Of a stretch of DNA of 64,000 nucleotides, positions 57,716 to 64,000 are shown piece after piece. Every line of letters begins with the position of its first letter. Position 1 is the stretch's first letter. A model generated the notes under the pieces. The model was given only the letters and a program-made list of their open reading frames with translations, did no database searches and was not told where the DNA came from. A program made the position numbers and the translations under genes. This DNA is from an uncultured Actinomycetota bacterium (GTDB lineage Bacteria > Actinomycetota > Actinomycetes > CAVWCF01): NCBI GenBank assembly GCA_963697565.1, contig CAVOOM010000007.1, forward strand, positions 192,866 through 256,865, given 5' to 3'.

Positions 57716-58612
57716 TCAGGCCGGCGGCCCGGCCGCCGGGGGAGCGGGCGCCCGCGGGGCGGGCAGGGGGTCTCGCTCCGGCAGCCCGCGGGTGAGCAGG
57801 ATGACGTAGCCGACCGCGGCGATGACCGCGAAGCAGAACCACTGGATGGCGTACCCCAGGTGCGGCCCCTCGTCCACCGTGGGCGGCTCGGGGAGCGCCG
57901 GGGCGGGGTCGGCCGTCGGCCGCTCCTCCACCAGATCGCCGTAGCCGCCGTACACGGGCACGGCCACGTCCTCGGCGAGGCCCGCGGTGTCAATCGAGAG
58001 CACCTGTCCGGCCGGCAGGTCCTGGGCCGGCCGGGGCCGCTCGGCGGGGTGGAGCCGCACCTCGACCGCCACCTCGCCGCTCGGCGGCGGCGGCACCTCG
58101 GGGCGCCCGGTGGCGGTGGCCGCCGCGGGGATCCACCCCCGGTTGACGAGCAGGGCATCACCCGCCGGCGTGATGAGCGGAACCACGACCAGCAGCCCGT
58201 TGGCGCCTTGGTACGCGCGGTTGCGCACCAGAATCGTCCCGTCGGCGTCGTACCGACCGGTGGCGGTGGCCCGGCGCCACTCCAGGGCCGGGTCGAGGGG
58301 CGTCCCGGGCTCGGCGAGGGCGTCGACCGGGACGGCGGCGACGTCGCGCGCGGCGGTCACCTGGGCGTTGTCCGCGCGGCGCTCATCGAGCCGGCTCAGC
58401 TGCCAGCGGCCGAGGAAGATGAACGCCGTCGCGAGGACGGCCGTGAAGAGCGTCAGCCCGATCACCTTGCGCAGCACGCGGTCGACGGTATCCGGCTCAG
58501 CGGGGGAGGGGCGCGCATGGGGCCGGACAAGGGCGATGCCGGACGGCCACGGGGGAAGCCGCCCGGCATCGCGTTCCGGGGTCGCCGAGGACATCCCCGG
58601 CGAGGGCTTCAT
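57716..58612 (-). CDS. SURF1-family protein (cytochrome oxidase assembly)
   Basis: TM, then GRWQLSRLDERR...LVNRGWIP...HLGYAIQWFCFA, then TM. The start is uncertain (58612, 58594 or further in). Confidence 0.75.
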   Translation of the reverse strand: MKPSPGMSSATPERDAGRLPPWPSGIALVRPHARPSPAEPDTVDRVLRKVIGLTLFTAVLATAFIFLGRWQLSRLDERRADNAQVTAARDVAAVPVDALAEPGTPLDPALEWRRATATGRYDADGTILVRNRAYQGANGLLVVVPLITPAGDALLVNRGWIPAAATATGRPEVPPPPSGEVAVEVRLHPAERPRPAQDLPAGQVLSIDTAGLAEDVAVPVYGGYGDLVEERPTADPAPALPEPPTVDEGPHLGYAIQWFCFAVIAAVGYVILLTRGLPERDPLPAPRAPAPPAAGPPA

Positions 58613-58662
58613 GATGACACGGATTCATGTCACGGTCGAGCCGCAGACCGGTCGACCCGGCC

Positions 58663-58956
58663 TCAGCCACGGGGGCCCGATTGCAGCTGCCGACGCTCGT
58701 CGCCGAGGAGCGCCGGAGGCGGCTCGACGATCCGCTCGCGCCCGGCGTTGGCCACCACGACCGCGATGTACGGCAGGAAGACCGCGCCGACCATCAGCAC
58801 CCAGCGCAGCCAGCCGTCGGCGAGGACGGCGCCGACGAAGCACCCGGTGCGGATCGCCATGGAGATCAGGTAGCGGCGGGTGCGCCCCTGGACGTCCTCG
58901 CTCAGGGGGCGACGCACGCCGGAGACCCGGTGGACGGGGTCGGTGCGGCGGGCCAT
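58663..58956 (-). CDS. DUF3099-like small membrane protein
   Basis: MARRTDPVHRVSG...RRYLISMAIRTGCFVGAVLADGWLRWVLMVGAVFLPYIAVVVANAG, two TM segments. ATG 58956 inside ORF 58663..59193-. Confidence 0.6.
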   Translation of the reverse strand: MARRTDPVHRVSGVRRPLSEDVQGRTRRYLISMAIRTGCFVGAVLADGWLRWVLMVGAVFLPYIAVVVANAGRERIVEPPPALLGDERRQLQSGPRG

Positions 58957-59025
58957 GGCTCGAAGGTACGCCCGCTGAAGCGCCCCGGCATGTCGCTGGA
59001 GCGGTTCGTGGGCCATGATGCGCCC

Positions 59026-59241
59026 ATGGCAAACCGCACCTACCGCGTCACCGAGATTGTCGGCACGTCCACCGAGGGCATCGACGAGGCGATTCGCAAC
59101 GGGATCGCCCGCGCGTCGCAGACCCTGCGCCACCTCGACTGGTTCGAGATGACGGAGGTGCGCGGCCAGATCGCCGACGGCGCCGTCCAGCACTGGCAGG
59201 TGGGCCTGAAGGTCGGCTTCCGCCTCGAGGACGAGGGCTGA
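59026..59241 (+). CDS. Dodecin family (flavin-binding) protein
   Basis: 71 aa; YRVTEIVGTSTEGIDEAIRNGIARASQTLRHLDWFEMTEVRG...WQVGLKVGFRLE is typical dodecin. Confidence 0.8.
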   Translation: MANRTYRVTEIVGTSTEGIDEAIRNGIARASQTLRHLDWFEMTEVRGQIADGAVQHWQVGLKVGFRLEDEG

Positions 59242-59245
59242 CCCG

Positions 59246-60622
59246 CTAGGAGGCCTGGCTCACCGTCGACATGTTGAAGTCGTCGACGCGCACCGGAGGC
59301 ATGGCCGCCCGCAGGAAGTTGTCGGCCCACTCACGGGGGATCGTCGGGACGGTCGCGCCGACCTCGGCGAGGCGGCCCAGGAGGCCCACCGGGCTGTCGT
59401 TGAAGCGGAAGTTCGTGGTGGCCCCGACCACCTCTCCGCCCTGGACCACGTAGACCCCGTCTCGGGTCAGCCCGGTCAGCAGCAGCGACTGCGGGTCGAC
59501 CTCCCGGATGTACCACAGGCAGGTCAGCAGCAGGCCGTCGGTCGGTGGCCGCCACGATGCCGTCGAGGTCCGCCGAGCCAGCCCGGTCGGTGAGGATCAG
59601 GTTCGACGTCGGGGCGGTGACCGGCAGCCCGGTGAGGCGCGCGGAGTGCCGCGACTGCAGCAGGGCGGCCAGCCGGCCGTCGTGCAGCCAGTCCACCGCC
59701 CCGAGCGGCAGGCCGTTGTCGAAGACCGAAGACGCGGCGCCCGAGGCCGCCGCCGCGAGGAACGGCTCGCACTCCAGGCCGGGGTAGGCCGGGTCGCTGA
59801 AGAGCCGCAGCGCGCGCTCGCTGAGCGTCTCGCCGATCCGGGTGCCGCCGCCTTGCCGGCTGAAGACCGTGCGGCCCTCGAAGGCGTCCCGTGCCCCCGC
59901 CGACCAGAACAGGTAGACCATCAGGTCGGCCAGCGCGCTCGGCGGCAGGATCGTGGAGTGCCTCCCGGGGGCCACGTCGATGCGCCGCGCCTGCCAGCCC
60001 AGCCTGGTCCGCAGATCGGCGTCCATGGCCCCGAGATCGGCCGCGTCAACGGACGGTCCGCCCGCGCCGACCCAGGTGGAGCGGGTGCGCTGGTGGCTCT
60101 TGGCCGTGATCTCGATGCGCGCTTGCGGCTGGGCGTGGCGCAGCCGCAGACCGGTCGACGAGGCCAGGTAGAGCGTGTCGACCTCGTGCTCGGCGTAGCC
60201 GAACCACTCGACGCCGTCGGCCGCAGCCGCGCGCATCCGCTCGCCCAGGGCAGGCGCGAACGACGCGAAGGCCGCCCCCGAGGTGGTCTCCGGCGGCTCC
60301 GCGAAGTCCGCCGACGCGCCGCCCGCAAGCAGGGGCGCGGCGTCCTCGGCCGGCCCGGCCTCCCGCGCCGCCACCTCGGAGGCGCGCACCAGTCCTTCCA
60401 TGTCGTGGCCCTGCCGCGACACGGACCCGGCCGCGCTGCCCCCGGACGCGCCCAGGAACGAGATGACCGTGACGTCGACGCTGCGGGTGTCGCCGTTGGT
60501 GGTCAGCGTGTTGGAGGCCCACCGCAGGTTGGCGTGGGCGCTCGCCTCGACGAGGACCACGCAGTCGTCCGCCCGCGAGAGCGCCAGGGCCCGCTCAGCG
60601 AGCTCCTGCGGTGTGGGCGCGC

Positions 60623-60626
<4 letters not shown>
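59246..60626 (-). pseudogene. pmbA: TldD/PmbA family metallopeptidase (PmbA/TldE-like); one frame break near 59543
   Basis: ORF 59331..60626- is correct to ...DLDGIVAATD. The C-terminus GLLLTCLWYIREVDPQSLLLTGLTRDGVYVVQGGEVVGATTNFRFNDSP... is in ORF 59246..59449-. Confidence 0.8.
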
Positions 60627-63855
<3,229 letters not shown>

Positions 63856-63918
63856 TAGGCGTACCCACGCGGCAAGGGCCCGTGACGGGTCGGCGAACGA
63901 CGGAGGCGGGGTCATCCG

Positions 63919-64000
63919 ATGAAGACGCTGCTGGTGCTGCGGCATGCCAAGTCGGCCTACCCCGAGGGGGTCGCCGACCACGAGCGGCCGCTGGCCGAGC
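63919..64000 (+). CDS. Histidine phosphatase family protein (SixA/PGAM-like), 5' fragment only
   Basis: MKTLLVLRHAKSAYPEGVADHERPLAE contains the RHA(K/E)S catalytic motif. Truncated by the window end. Confidence 0.55.
   Translation, partial: MKTLLVLRHAKSAYPEGVADHERPLAE

Overview
This is a high-GC actinobacterial chromosomal backbone. A Nocardioides or Propionibacteriales-like source is only a guess from composition and gene order.

Gene content, left to right:
- A partial vWA/DUF11 surface-protein gene, an MBL hydrolase, and a mycothiol-dependent isomerase-family gene.
- uvrA, a Tat-lipoprotein Rieske gene, then uvrC-rapZ-yvcK-whiA and gap-pgk-tpiA.
- A 6-gene peptide/nickel-type ABC importer with two binding proteins, wedged in before secG. 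Then rbpA.
- The minus-strand oxidative pentose-phosphate cluster tkt-tal-pgi-zwf-opcA-pgl, followed by ctaB.
- An accessory block: a low-complexity secreted protein, an OmpR-type response regulator with its histidine kinase, a membrane protein and an ATP-grasp protein. Then ctaA.
- An operon of DUF4397 protein, class F sortase, ECF sigma and RskA-type anti-sigma, followed by an ABC-2 exporter.
- A complete sufR-sufB-sufD-Rieske-sufC-sufS-sufU-sufT operon.
- An orphan three-gene type IV minor-pilin-like operon.
- ABC-F, a small HTH protein, an enoyl-CoA hydratase, an ABC exporter, SURF1, DUF3099, dodecin, pmbA-tldD, fabG-fabI, and the start of a histidine phosphatase.

I recognised no rRNA, tRNA, CRISPR array or transposase.

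Two points dominate interpretation:
1. By hand phasing of the ORF track there are roughly 40-45 reading-frame breaks. Essential genes are affected (uvrA, uvrC, zwf, sufD, sufS, fabG, fabI). The breaks are very unevenly distributed. Frame-broken genes are typed 'pseudogene' here, meaning 'not translatable as assembled', not proven decay.
2. The accessory insertions in an otherwise conserved backbone are the places to look. They are the PilV/PilW/PilX-like operon with no pilus machinery nearby, the ECF/sortase F/DUF4397 module, and a low-complexity secreted gene bracketed by copies of a GGGTTGATCAAGCAG motif.
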